Shown one piece after another: positions 49,353 through 60,605 of a stretch of 64,000 nt of DNA (positions are counted from its first letter, which is position 1; the number at the start of each line of letters is the position of its first letter). Location: NCBI GenBank assembly GCA_963812135.1, contig CAWETU010000001.1, forward strand, positions 1,408,001-1,472,000, given 5' to 3'. The DNA comes from Vulcanimicrobiota bacterium. Its GTDB lineage: Bacteria > Vulcanimicrobiota > Vulcanimicrobiia > Eremiobacterales > Eremiobacteraceae. The translations under genes and the position numbers were made by a program. The notes under the pieces were generated by a model, which worked only from the letters and a program-made list of their open reading frames with translations, was not told the origin of the DNA and searched no databases.

Positions 49353-49894
49353 TCCGGAGGCGCTGAAGGCATGCGGCGCACGCCCTCAGGGTATGCACCT
49401 TGCGGGTGGCTGTTGTAGAAGTCTTCGCTCAGCACGGCGAGATACTCGAAGTTCTCCCACAGCGCGCCCCAAGGACCGGCCCGCAGCCGCCGTATAGCGG
49501 TGAAGGGCTGCAGCGACGCCCATGCAGTCGTCACGACGCCTCCCCAGAGGTCGCACGCGATGTCGCGGTCGATGATGCGATACTTCACGAGGGTGCCCAG
49601 GTTCTCGAAGACGTTGCCGATATAAATCGCCGGTTCCAGCCGTCGATCAAGGAGCTGGCCCTTGAGCCCTTCTTTGAAACCCGGCTCATTCATCAGGCTC
49701 GGCAGCTCCTCGACGAGGAAGCGGCGGGCGGCGACGAATTTGTCCGACTCGACAACCTCTCGGATCTCGGTGAGCGCCACGATTTGATTGCTGCCGCGCA
49801 AGTGGTGGAGCTGCACAATCGCGGCGAACGCCGTCGCGGCGATGACGACAAAGGTGCCGATAGCAGCGATCGCGCTGACGAGCTCGAGAGACAT
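49349..49894 (-). CDS. DUF4760-like membrane-anchored protein, paralog 2
   Basis: N-terminal TM helix, GNVFENLG.LVKY, WENFEYLA. Confidence 0.65.
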   Translation of the reverse strand: MSLELVSAIAAIGTFVVIAATAFAAIVQLHHLRGSNQIVALTEIREVVESDKFVAARRFLVEELPSLMNEPGFKEGLKGQLLDRRLEPAIYIGNVFENLGTLVKYRIIDRDIACDLWGGVVTTAWASLQPFTAIRRLRAGPWGALWENFEYLAVLSEDFYNSHPQGAYPEGVRRMPSAPPD

Positions 49895-49899
49895 ACCTG

Positions 49900-50439
49900 C
49901 TAGCTGCCGCCGGTCAGCAATCGCCGGGCGCCGGCCGGGTAGGCGCCGTCGGGGTGGCGCGTCTCGAAATCCTCGCACAGCATGGCGAGGTACTCGAAAT
50001 TCTCCAAGAGAGCCGGTGCGTCTAAGATCCGGCGCCTGATCGAGATGACGGGCGCCATTTCCGTCCAGCTCGCAAGAATTGGGCCGGACAGGAGGTCGCA
50101 CGCGACTTCTTTATCGACAATACCGTACTTACAGAATAAGCCTAACGTCTCAAAAACGCCCCCTACGATGTTCAAAGCCGCAAGCTCGCTATCCAGTATT
50201 CTTGGCTTGATGCGCTCAGCAAAACGAGGCTCCTTCATGAGAAGGGGCAGATCGCTATGGATAAAGCGACGCGCGGCCTCGAATTCGGGCGATTCTATGG
50301 TTTTTTGGATTCCGGTGATCGCACTGATCTGGTTGCTGCTCCGCAGATGGCGCAATTGGACGATGGCGGCAACTGCGGTCGCCGCGATGACGACAAACGT
50401 GCCGATCGCCGCGATCGCGCTGAGCAGTTCGAGGCTCAT
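49900..50439 (-). CDS. DUF4760-like membrane-anchored protein, paralog 1
   Basis: N-terminus nearly identical to 49349-49894; FETLG, ENFEYLA. Confidence 0.65.
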   Translation of the reverse strand: MSLELLSAIAAIGTFVVIAATAVAAIVQLRHLRSSNQISAITGIQKTIESPEFEAARRFIHSDLPLLMKEPRFAERIKPRILDSELAALNIVGGVFETLGLFCKYGIVDKEVACDLLSGPILASWTEMAPVISIRRRILDAPALLENFEYLAMLCEDFETRHPDGAYPAGARRLLTGGS

Positions 50440-52031
50440 CTGGCCGGGGCCGCCTGCGCCTCCTTGGCGAAGACCTCGCGCAACTCGCGCTTGAGGATCT
50501 TGCCTGTGCCGCCTTTGGGCAATGCGTCAAGAAAACGCACGTGCTTGGGGACCTTGAAATGCGCCAGCTTCGCGCGGGAGTGGTCGATCAATTCGGCGAC
50601 ATCGAGCGTCGCGCCGGGCTTGAGCACGATGAAAGCAGCGGGCGCCTCACCCCAGTGGGTGTCGGGCACGCCGATCACCGCGCATTCGAGCACCGAGGCA
50701 TGCTCGTAGATGGCTTTTTCGATCTCGATCGAAGCGACGTTCTCGCCGCCGGTGATGATGATGTCCTTCTTGCGATCGACGATCGACACGTAGCCGTCCT
50801 CGTCGATCGAGCCCATATCGCCGGTGTGGAACCAGCCGTCGACGATGGACTTCGCGGTCTCTTGCGGTTGTTTCCAATATCCGGCGAAGACGGAGTTGCC
50901 ACGCGCGCAGATCTCGCCGACCGCGATGCCATCATGCGCCAACGGCTCACCGTCCTCACCGAGTATCTCCACATCGATTCCCGGCAGCGGCACGCCCGCG
51001 GTCACTCGTTGGGCGATCGATGCATTGCGATCGAGACGCGATCTGCTTTTCGGCAGTGCTGTGGTCAAAATGGGCGAGGTTTCAGACAAACCATAGCCGC
51101 AGTGGACCAACGCGTGTGGAAGACGTTCGTCCATCGCCTTGAGCAACGACGGCGGCGTGGCCGCACCTCCGAACATGATGCGGCTCACGGAGCTCAGGTC
51201 ACGAGTGCGCCACGATGGCGCGTTCATCAACGCGATCGCCATCGTCGGCACCGCGAACATCTTCGTCACGCCCTCGCGTTCCATCACCTCAAGCACGTGT
51301 TCCGGATCGAACTTCGGCACCATGACATGACGTCCGCCCACCATGGTCAACGTGTGCGGCGTGCCCCAGCCGTTCACATGGAAGAGCGGGATGCTATGCA
51401 AGATCACGTCGGTGTCGTCGATGTTCGCGCAGGCAAGCGATGAATATGCGTGCGATACGAGATTGCGGTGCGTCAGCATAACGCCTTTGGGCCGCGCCGT
51501 GGTGCCGCTCGTGTAGAAGAGCTCCGCCACATCGTCTTCATCGAGCGCCGGCGGCGTGAAGGCGGCGGGCGCGCCGGCGATGAGCGCCTCGTAATCCTCG
51601 CCCTTGAACGGCATGTCCGTCTTCGGATCACCGCCCATCAAGATGACGTTCTTGACACTCGGCAGCGATGGCAGGATCGGCGCGAGCAGGCCGGTGAGCT
51701 GGCGGTCTATGACCACGGTGGATGCGCCCGCATCGGTCAGGATGTATGCGATGTCAGGCGGCGTCAAACGGATATTGATCGGCAAGAGGATCGCGCCCAT
51801 CTGCGGCACCGCGTAATAGCCTTCGAGCAGCCGATGACAGTTAAACGAGAGATACGCGACGACGTCACCGCGCTTGACGCCGATTTTCTGCAGCGCATTC
51901 GAGAACCGATCGATGCGTTCGCCGAGCTGCCCGTAGGTGAGGCGCTCGGCGCCGCACACGGCGGCGACGTTGTCGCGGTAGACGGTTCGCGCGCGCTTGA
52001 GAAAATCGGTCACGAGCATCGGTGTCTTCAT
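50436..52031 (-). CDS. Fatty-acid--CoA ligase (AMP-binding)
   Basis: YTSGTTARPKG, GYGLSET, GWFHTGD, DRKKDIII.GGEN, TGKI. Confidence 0.93.
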   Translation of the reverse strand: MKTPMLVTDFLKRARTVYRDNVAAVCGAERLTYGQLGERIDRFSNALQKIGVKRGDVVAYLSFNCHRLLEGYYAVPQMGAILLPINIRLTPPDIAYILTDAGASTVVIDRQLTGLLAPILPSLPSVKNVILMGGDPKTDMPFKGEDYEALIAGAPAAFTPPALDEDDVAELFYTSGTTARPKGVMLTHRNLVSHAYSSLACANIDDTDVILHSIPLFHVNGWGTPHTLTMVGGRHVMVPKFDPEHVLEVMEREGVTKMFAVPTMAIALMNAPSWRTRDLSSVSRIMFGGAATPPSLLKAMDERLPHALVHCGYGLSETSPILTTALPKSRSRLDRNASIAQRVTAGVPLPGIDVEILGEDGEPLAHDGIAVGEICARGNSVFAGYWKQPQETAKSIVDGWFHTGDMGSIDEDGYVSIVDRKKDIIITGGENVASIEIEKAIYEHASVLECAVIGVPDTHWGEAPAAFIVLKPGATLDVAELIDHSRAKLAHFKVPKHVRFLDALPKGGTGKILKRELREVFAKEAQAAPAR

Positions 52032-52043
52032 CGGTTTGGACTC

Positions 52044-52709
52044 CTAGGCTTCGCCGAGCAGACCGCGCAACGTCGACAGCAGATTGACGGCCGCGGCATC
52101 CCGGTCGCGTTCGAGGTCGGCAGCGGGCGGCGCTCCGAACGCTGCGTTCCACGCATGTATCAGCGCCGCGGTGCGGTATGCGGAAAGCGCGGCCGCCGCA
52201 AGGCCGGCGGACGCGGGCTCCGCGCCGGCGATACCGGTCGGCAAGGCCGCGGCGCGCACTAGGCGCAGACTTGCGGCGCGCGTCGTGCGCACGGCGCCTC
52301 GTTCGACGGCGGCGAGGTCGTCTGCGGTCAGTGTGACGTGAAGCGTCGGAACGCCTTCGGGCTTGGCTGGAAGGGTGGTGGGCACGACGGCGATGAGGCT
52401 CTGCTCGAATGGGCGGCTCGCCGAGCGGCCGATCGGGCAACACACGATCGCGGTCTGCAGGGCTTCGTGATCGACTGTGGAGCTCCAATGCTGCGTGGCG
52501 AGGCTCACGTGGGCGAGCGGACGGTACAGGACAAGCGCCGTTCGGCTCTCGGCCGGCGCGTCGGCGGCCTCGGCGATGAGAACGTCTTCGAAGGCGTCGT
52601 CGGTGTCTTCCGGTGGCGCCGGTACCGCCACGTCTGCGGACAGCCCCATGCGCCGGCGGCGTTCCGCGAGCAGCAACATGTCGGCCGGCAGCTTGCGCGT
52701 TTCGCTCAT
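52044..52709 (-). CDS. Hypothetical protein
   Basis: ATG 52709 overlaps the stop of the ATPase gene; fills the gap in a codirectional operon; no motif recognised. Confidence 0.6.
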   Translation of the reverse strand: MSETRKLPADMLLLAERRRRMGLSADVAVPAPPEDTDDAFEDVLIAEAADAPAESRTALVLYRPLAHVSLATQHWSSTVDHEALQTAIVCCPIGRSASRPFEQSLIAVVPTTLPAKPEGVPTLHVTLTADDLAAVERGAVRTTRAASLRLVRAAALPTGIAGAEPASAGLAAAALSAYRTAALIHAWNAAFGAPPAADLERDRDAAAVNLLSTLRGLLGEA

Positions 52710-53620
52710 CGCGCGACTTTCCAGACCTGCCACCACTGGCGGGCGGACGTCGGTCGAATGAATTCCACCGCTACATCGGCGCTGCGAAGCGGCGGCAGGC
52801 GGCGCGCCGCGTCCTCCACGTCCGCGAGCGAGACGGAGCGAGAGGCACGTTCCGCGGCGACCTCGAGCGCTTCGCGCGCGAGTGCGCCGAGCCGGCGCGG
52901 CAGGCCGCCGGAGCGACGCCAAACGTCGCCGAGCGCATCTGGCCCGAATGGCGAATGGTCGGCCGCGAAACCCGCGCGGCGCAAGCGGTGGTCGATCAGT
53001 CCTGCCGCTTCCGCTTCGCTGAGCGGCGCGATGTCGAGCCAAACGGCGACGCGGTCGCTCAGGTTCGGGCGTCGCAAGATCGCATCGGCGATCTCCGCTT
53101 GGCCGGCGAGACCGATCGACACCAGCTTGCGCTCGTCGAGCTGGAAGTTCAGCAGCGACCGTATGCTTTCGAGCAGTTCGTTGGGAAGCAGCTGGGCTTC
53201 GTCGATGAGCAGGATGGCCTGGCGACCATCGGCTGCGGTCGCCTCGAACAGATGACGCTTGAGGTGCTCGCGCAGATCTCGGGCGGTCGGTGCGCCCTGC
53301 CCGGTCGCGTTGCTCAATTTCGGGAAGCCGAAGGCGGCGACGATCGCTTCGAGGAGCTCCGACTCGCTGTGAAACGTCGGATCCAAGATGAGTCCGACGA
53401 CAAAGCGCGGGTCCTCGAGCAGCCGCGCGGTGACAGCGTTGAACAGCGAAGTCTTGCCCGCGCCCACCGGACCGAGCACGACCGCGAGGCCGCGACCGCC
53501 GGCAAGGCAATCGAAAAGCCGGCGCCGGTTGCTCGCGGTCGCCATCGTCTCGTAATAGAACGCCGGATCCGCGGTGTCGACAAACGGGTCGCGCTGCAAC
53601 CCGAACGCCTCGAGCAGCAT
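52706..53620 (-). CDS. ExeA/GspA-like AAA ATPase
   Basis: FGL..DPF..T.DP.FYY, Walker A GPVGAGKT, Walker B LLIDEAQ, LAGQ, SGGLPRR. Confidence 0.88.
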   Translation of the reverse strand: MLLEAFGLQRDPFVDTADPAFYYETMATASNRRRLFDCLAGGRGLAVVLGPVGAGKTSLFNAVTARLLEDPRFVVGLILDPTFHSESELLEAIVAAFGFPKLSNATGQGAPTARDLREHLKRHLFEATAADGRQAILLIDEAQLLPNELLESIRSLLNFQLDERKLVSIGLAGQAEIADAILRRPNLSDRVAVWLDIAPLSEAEAAGLIDHRLRRAGFAADHSPFGPDALGDVWRRSGGLPRRLGALAREALEVAAERASRSVSLADVEDAARRLPPLRSADVAVEFIRPTSARQWWQVWKVAR

Positions 53621-53667
53621 GCAGCAGATGTTCCACGCTTCGCCGCAGCGGCCCCCCGGTTCTGCGG

Positions 53668-54087
53668 TTAGGGCTGCGAGGTCGGTGACGCGGAATCTGG
53701 GGTTAGTGCCGCGGCTCGCGCTGTGGCTGGGCTTGGAGACGCGGATGCCTGAGTTGCGTTGAAGGCGCGCATCTGCGCTTGGACCTGAAGCGCGGCATTG
53801 AGGTGTGCAAGGGCGCGCGCCGACCATAGCGCTGACTGCGCGTTGGGCGCCCAGTGACGCGTGATCACGTATTGAAGCCCGTCGGAGCCGAGCGTCACCG
53901 CCCATTGTTCGGCGTAGCCATTAGGATGCACGAATGGATGAGCGATGAACTCGTTTTCGCGACCGTTATACGGCGGCCCCAAGATATGTTGAGTCGCGTT
54001 GATGTCGAGCGCCTGAGCCGACAAGACCGCGACCGCCAGCAGGATCTTGTTCCACGGGGAGATGGCCAACATCAACCACGCCATCAT
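53668..54087 (-). CDS. Hypothetical membrane or secreted protein
   Basis: AGGAG RBS, hydrophobic N-terminus, LDINAT...GRENE segment. Confidence 0.5.
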   Translation of the reverse strand: MMAWLMLAISPWNKILLAVAVLSAQALDINATQHILGPPYNGRENEFIAHPFVHPNGYAEQWAVTLGSDGLQYVITRHWAPNAQSALWSARALAHLNAALQVQAQMRAFNATQASASPSPATARAAALTPDSASPTSQP

Positions 54088-54153
54088 CTAGCGAGCTCCT
54101 GGTGTGGAGGGCGGTGGAACCGAGAAATCCGGCATCGGCGGCGGCGTTCGGCG

Positions 54154-54183
54154 TTGCGTCCCGCTGCGCCCTCGTGATAGAAT
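54154..54183 (+). promoter_or_regulatory. Putative rpsB promoter with extended -10
   Basis: TTGCGT-N18-TAGAAT with TG at the extended -10 position. Confidence 0.6.
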
Positions 54184-54198
54184 GATTGTGCGCAAGTT

Positions 54199-54296
54199 TA
54201 GGATCAGCAATGCGCCATTGCCCGCGACTCCGGTCGCGGGAGGTGTGCCCTCCCGGGCGCACCCCGATCCTAGTGAACGGCCGCTCTGCGGCTGTT
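54199..54296 (+). promoter_or_regulatory. Structured rpsB 5' leader (candidate S2 autoregulatory RNA)
   Basis: TAGGATC/GATCCTA closes three hairpins, followed by a fourth hairpin. Confidence 0.6.
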
Positions 54297-54315
54297 GTGG
54301 CGTTCTTGAAGAGGT

Positions 54316-54339
54316 CGGTCGAGTAAACTCGACCGCTAC
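54316..54339 (-). repeat. REP-like palindrome copy C (rpsB leader)
   Basis: CGGTCGAGTAAACTCGACCGCTAC. Confidence 0.85.
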
Positions 54340-54368
54340 AGAGGGGGCGCTTAGAGAGAGGCTTTGCT

Positions 54369-55250
54369 GTGTCTTCCATCATCTCCATGAAACAATTGCT
54401 CGAAGCGGGCGTCCACTTCGGGCATCAGACGCGCCGTTGGAACCCGAAGATGGCCAAGTACATCTTCCAAGAGCGCAACGGCATCTACATCATCGATCTT
54501 CAAAAGACCGTGCTCAAGCTGCGCGAGGTCTATGGCGTCGTCAAAGAGATGGCGCGCCAGAACAAGACGTTCCTCTTCGTCGGCACCAAGAAGCAAGCGC
54601 AAGAAGTCGTCAAAGAAGAAGCGGACCGCGCGGGGATGTTCTACGTCAACCAGCGCTGGCTCGGCGGTACGCTCACAAATTTCCAAACGATCCAAAAGCG
54701 CATCCAGCGGCTGCGTGAGTTGGAGCGTCAGCGCGATACCGGCGTGTTCGAGGTCTTGACCAAGAAAGAAGTGGGCCTGCTCGAAGACGAGATGCGCAAG
54801 CTCGACCGCTTCTTGTCAGGCATCAAGGACATGCCGAAGCTTCCTGACGCCCTCTTCATCGTCGATCCCCGCAAAGAGCGCATCGCCGTGCTCGAAGCGC
54901 GCAAGTTGAAGATCCCGATCATCGCGGTGATCGACACGAACTGCGATCCGGACGAGATCGACTACGCGATTCCGGGCAACGACGACGCGATTCGCGCGGT
55001 CAAGCTCATGACCGGGAAGATCGCCGACGCGATCATCGAGGGCAAGACCGAAGCCGAATCGGCGGAGTATCTGGGCGCGCCGACGGATGCGAGCGCTTCA
55101 CCCACGACAAACGCTCCAGCTGCTAGCGCTCCCGCCGCTGCGCCGGCTCCCGTCGCAGAGACGGCGACCGCGGCACAGCCTGTCGCGAGTCCTCAGCCGG
55201 AACAGGGCGCAGCGACGCCGAGCGCCGAGCAAACGCCTGCGACCACGTAA
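54369..55250 (+). CDS. rpsB: 30S ribosomal protein S2
   Basis: [35 protein letters not shown]; Ala/Pro-rich tail. Confidence 0.98.
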   Translation: MSSIISMKQLLEAGVHFGHQTRRWNPKMAKYIFQERNGIYIIDLQKTVLKLREVYGVVKEMARQNKTFLFVGTKKQAQEVVKEEADRAGMFYVNQRWLGGTLTNFQTIQKRIQRLRELERQRDTGVFEVLTKKEVGLLEDEMRKLDRFLSGIKDMPKLPDALFIVDPRKERIAVLEARKLKIPIIAVIDTNCDPDEIDYAIPGNDDAIRAVKLMTGKIADAIIEGKTEAESAEYLGAPTDASASPTTNAPAASAPAAAPAPVAETATAAQPVASPQPEQGAATPSAEQTPATT

Positions 55251-55277
55251 GGGCATTCATCCCCGGTACGCTCTGAA

Positions 55278-55301
55278 CGGTCGAATAAATTCGACCGCTA
55301 C
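55278..55301 (-). repeat. REP-like palindrome copy D (rpsB-tsf spacer)
   Basis: CGGTCGAATAAATTCGACCGCTAC. Confidence 0.85.
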
Positions 55302-55354
55302 AGCTGCGTGAGCATGCGGAAAGGGAACACCATTGATTCGAGGAAACGGGACAC

Positions 55355-57216
<1,862 letters not shown>

Positions 57217-57220
<4 letters not shown>

Positions 57221-57429
57221 GCATCCTGCTTGCGCCCACACACGAAGAGCTGATCAACGCACGCTGGTCCGACGCCCGTGCGCTTTTGCGCGGGCACCCG
57301 CAGTGCGTCCGCGTCCTCGCGCCGCCGTTTCCGTGCGCGGGCACCGGCGATTTGCGCGTCGTGCGCGCCGTTTCGGACGGGGATCGCATCGAGCTCGTCC
57401 TCACCTACGCGGATTTCAAACGATTATGA
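57217..57429 (+). CDS. Small hypothetical protein (70 aa)
   Basis: GGAGG RBS, GTGA overlap with the frr stop and ATGA overlap with the cdsA start. Confidence 0.7.
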
Positions 57430-58283
57430 GCGCCACGGTCGCCGGAGCCGCGCAAGCCGGTCAGCGTCTGCGCCAGGAGCTATCGCTCAAGCGCGTCGCG
57501 ATCGGACTGCTTATCGCGGCGCTCGGCGTCGGCTGCGTCTTCGCGCGCCCGCTGTTCGGGCTGCTGATCCTCGTCATCGCGTTACTCAGCACCGTCGAGT
57601 TCTCGCGGCTCGCGCAGCGCGCTGGAGCCGCGGTGTCGCTGTGGGTCGCGATCCCCGCGGTGATAGTCTACATCATCGAGACCTATTTCAATCTGCGTTT
57701 CGAACCCGGCATCACCGTCGTCGTGGTGATCGCGGCGTTGATCGCCGCGTTGGCGGGCGGCGTCGACCGCTTCGCGGTGCGCTGGAGCATGACGGTGATC
57801 GCGGCGCTCTATCTCGGCAAGATCGCGTCGTATCTGGTCGCGTTGCGCGGCATCAATCCCGCGATCACCGGCGCCGCGTACACCTTGTGGCTGATCGTCA
57901 TCGTCGCGCTGACCGACATCGTCGGCATGCTCGTCGGGCTGCAGTTCGGCCGCACGCCATTGGCACCGCGCATATCACCCGGCAAGACCTGGGAAGGCGC
58001 GATCGCGGCGTTCGTGTTCGCAACGGCCGCCGGCACCCTGCTTGGTCTTGTGCCGATCTTGGGCGTACCGTGGTACGTGGGCATGACCTTCGCCGGCGGC
58101 GTCTCGATCGCCGCGCAGTTGGGCGATCTCGCCGAATCCGCGCTCAAGCGCAACGCCCAGGTGAAGGACTCAGGCCAGCTGATCATCGGTCACGGCGGCG
58201 TGCTCGACCGCTTCGACTCTTACTTCTTGGCCGGCGTCGTCGGCTACGCCATCCTGCTTTGGTTCGGCCGCGTCGCGGCCTGA
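57426..58283 (+). CDS. cdsA: Phosphatidate cytidylyltransferase
   Basis: ISPGKTWEG, GDLAESALKR..VKDSG..GHGGVLDRFDS. Confidence 0.95.
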   Translation: MSATVAGAAQAGQRLRQELSLKRVAIGLLIAALGVGCVFARPLFGLLILVIALLSTVEFSRLAQRAGAAVSLWVAIPAVIVYIIETYFNLRFEPGITVVVVIAALIAALAGGVDRFAVRWSMTVIAALYLGKIASYLVALRGINPAITGAAYTLWLIVIVALTDIVGMLVGLQFGRTPLAPRISPGKTWEGAIAAFVFATAAGTLLGLVPILGVPWYVGMTFAGGVSIAAQLGDLAESALKRNAQVKDSGQLIIGHGGVLDRFDSYFLAGVVGYAILLWFGRVAA

Positions 58284-58287
58284 CACC

Positions 58288-59481
58288 ATGAAACGCGTCG
58301 CTATCCTCGGCTCGACCGGTTCGATCGGCTCGCAGGCGCTCGACGTGATCGCAGCGCATCCCGACCGCTTTCGCATCGCCGCGCTGGCCGCGCGCAGTAA
58401 TGTCGCGTTGCTCGCGCGCCAGGCGAATCGCTTTCAGCCGGCGTTCTTATCCGTCGGTTCACCTGAATTGGCGAGCGAACTGCGCGCCGCGCTGGACTAT
58501 GCACCCCGATCGATCGGACATGGCGCGACCGGCCTTACCGAAGCGGTCGAAGAGGACGTCGATTGCGTGCTGGCTGCGACCGACGGCATGGCGTCGTTGG
58601 ATGCGGTCTTGCGAGCGATCGATCGCGGCTGCGCGATCGCGCTGGCGAACAAGGAGCTCGCCGTCGCGGCGGGCGAGTTGCTCTTCACCCGGGCACGCGC
58701 GTCCGGCGCGACGATCGTACCGGTCGACTCCGAACACAGCGCGGTGTACCAGTGCCTTGCGGGAGAAGCTCTTGACGACGTCGCGCAGATCGTGCTCACG
58801 GCCAGCGGCGGACCGTTCTGGGACCTCTCGCTGGATCAAATGCGCGACGTCACCCCCGCGCAAGCGCTGGCGCATCCGACCTGGGCGATGGGGCCTAAGA
58901 ACACGATCGATTCCGCGACCATGATGAACAAGGGGCTCGAGGTCATCGAGGCGAGCCGCTTCTTCGGGCTGGCGCCGGAGCAGATCGATGTCGTCGTGCA
59001 TCGCCAAAGCGTCGCGCATGCGTTCATCGTGTTCCGCGACGGCAGCATCAAAGCACAACTCGCTGCGCCGGATATGCGCATCCCGATCGGTTACGCGCTT
59101 GCCTACCCGCAGCGGTTGCCGGGCGGCGACGCCGACAAAGCGCGCAATTCGATCGGACTGGGGGGTGCGACGCGCCTCACGTTCGAGCCGCTCGACTATA
59201 GTCGCTTTCCGGCGGTCGCGTTATGCTTCCGCGCGCTACGCGCGGGCGGGACGTTCCCGGCAGTGCTGTCGGCTGCCAACGAAGAGGCAGGACGCGCGTT
59301 TTTGCAAGGGAAAGTGAAGTTCACCGAAATCAGCGCACTTGTCGAAAACGCGCTGGACCGCCACGGGGCCGAACGCGCGACACCCGCGACATTGGATTCT
59401 ATCGCCGCAGCGGACGCCTGGGCGCGTTCGTGGACTCGCGCGGAGATCGGCCGTACGAATTCGACCGCGTCGGTCGAGTAA
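58288..59481 (+). CDS. dxr: 1-deoxy-D-xylulose 5-phosphate reductoisomerase
   Basis: LGSTGSIG, LANKE, PVDSEHSA, HPTWAMG, NKGLEVIEA, SAANE. Confidence 0.97.
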   Translation: MKRVAILGSTGSIGSQALDVIAAHPDRFRIAALAARSNVALLARQANRFQPAFLSVGSPELASELRAALDYAPRSIGHGATGLTEAVEEDVDCVLAATDGMASLDAVLRAIDRGCAIALANKELAVAAGELLFTRARASGATIVPVDSEHSAVYQCLAGEALDDVAQIVLTASGGPFWDLSLDQMRDVTPAQALAHPTWAMGPKNTIDSATMMNKGLEVIEASRFFGLAPEQIDVVVHRQSVAHAFIVFRDGSIKAQLAAPDMRIPIGYALAYPQRLPGGDADKARNSIGLGGATRLTFEPLDYSRFPAVALCFRALRAGGTFPAVLSAANEEAGRAFLQGKVKFTEISALVENALDRHGAERATPATLDSIAAADAWARSWTRAEIGRTNSTASVE

Positions 59482-59494
59482 ACTCGACCGCTAC
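59448..59494 (-). repeat. REP-like palindrome tandem pair E1/E2 spanning the dxr stop codon
   Basis: CGGCCGTACGAATTCGACCGCGTC followed by CGGTCGAGTAAACTCGACCGCTAC (identical to copy C). Confidence 0.85.
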
Positions 59495-59561
59495 AGTATA
59501 AAGGAAAGAACCCACCATCTTCGCCCTGCTCGCGCTCCCAAGCCTCACGTCGGTCGGCCAA

Positions 59562-60605
59562 GTGGCTCTATTCCTCGTCGTCCTCGGCGTCCTTATCACG
59601 TTCCACGAGTTCGGCCACTTCATTTTCGCCAAGTGGTTCGGCGTGCGCGTCAGCAATTTCGCCATCGGCTTCGGTCCGACGATCATCAAATGGACGCGTG
59701 GCGAGACGACCTATCGGCTCAACGCGCTGCCGCTCGGCGGCTACTGCCAGATGGTCGGCGAGGATCAAGCCGACGACGGCAGTGCCGATCCCGGCAACTT
59801 CCAGCATCACCCGTTGTGGCAGCGCTTCACGATCATCGTCGCCGGGCCGCTGTTCAACTTGTTGCTCGCCTCATGTCATCTTCGCGTACATCGCCATCGC
59901 GGTCGGGATTCCAGACTCGCCAACCAACGTCGTCGAAAGCGTAAATCCAAACTCTCCGGCACAGCGCGCCGGTCTGCAAGCAAACGATCAGATCGAAACG
60001 CTCAATGGACAGGCATTTACCAGCGGCAACGAGCTGGTCGACTACATTCACGCGCGCCCCAACGAGACGATCGACATCGGATACTTGCGCAACGGATCCG
60101 TCAAGCATGTCCAGATCCGCACGACGACGATGACAGTGCGCGGTCAGACAGTTGGCATTTTCGGGTTCCTGCCCCGATACAATATCGAGCATGCATCGCT
60201 TCTCGGCGGCATTGGCTGGGGTTTCACCAACACCGGGACGTTTCGTTTGGCAAAACGCCGTTGGACTCGTCCAGACCTTCGCGCATCGCGACGTCTCGCA
60301 GCTTATCGGGACCCGTCGGCATCGGCCGCGTGTTCGTTCAGGCCGAGCAGTCGGGACCGGTTGTCGTGCTCGATCTCATCGCGAGGATTTCCGCCGTGCT
60401 CGGATTCTTCAACCTGCTGCCGATACCGGCGCTCGATGGGGGACGCCTGGTGTTCCTCCTCGTCGAGGCAGTGCGTGGCCGGCCGGTCGATCCCGAAAAG
60501 GAGGGGCTCGTCCACCTCACTGGTTTCGCGCTGCTCATGGTACTGGTGCTGTTCGTCACGTACCACGACATCGCTATATGGGTTAGCGGCAAAGGCGCGA
60601 TGTGA
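59562..60605 (+). CDS. rseP: RseP/RasP M50 intramembrane metalloprotease with PDZ domain; three apparent +1 insertions
   Basis: HEFGH, PLGGYC, AGPLFN; PDZ in a second frame; [17 protein letters not shown]. Confidence 0.9.
   Translation: MALFLVVLGVLITFHEFGHFIFAKWFGVRVSNFAIGFGPTIIKWTRGETTYRLNALPLGGYCQMVGEDQADDGSADPGNFQHHPLWQRFTIIVAGPLFNLLLASCHLRVHRHRGRDSRLANQRRRKRKSKLSGTARRSASKRSDRNAQWTGIYQRQRAGRLHSRAPQRDDRHRILAQRIRQACPDPHDDDDSARSDSWHFRVPAPIQYRACIASRRHWLGFHQHRDVSFGKTPLDSSRPSRIATSRSLSGPVGIGRVFVQAEQSGPVVVLDLIARISAVLGFFNLLPIPALDGGRLVFLLVEAVRGRPVDPEKEGLVHLTGFALLMVLVLFVTYHDIAIWVSGKGAM

Noticed and set aside
54199..54272. tRNA gene
   Set aside because: Cloverleaf-like, but no TTCRA T-loop, no D-loop GG, no 7-nt anticodon loop and no CCA
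54104..54718. ORF containing GRVNSTAT upstream of and overlapping rpsB
   Set aside because: Out of frame with rpsB and spans the promoter and leader; the peptide is just the repeat read in a non-coding region
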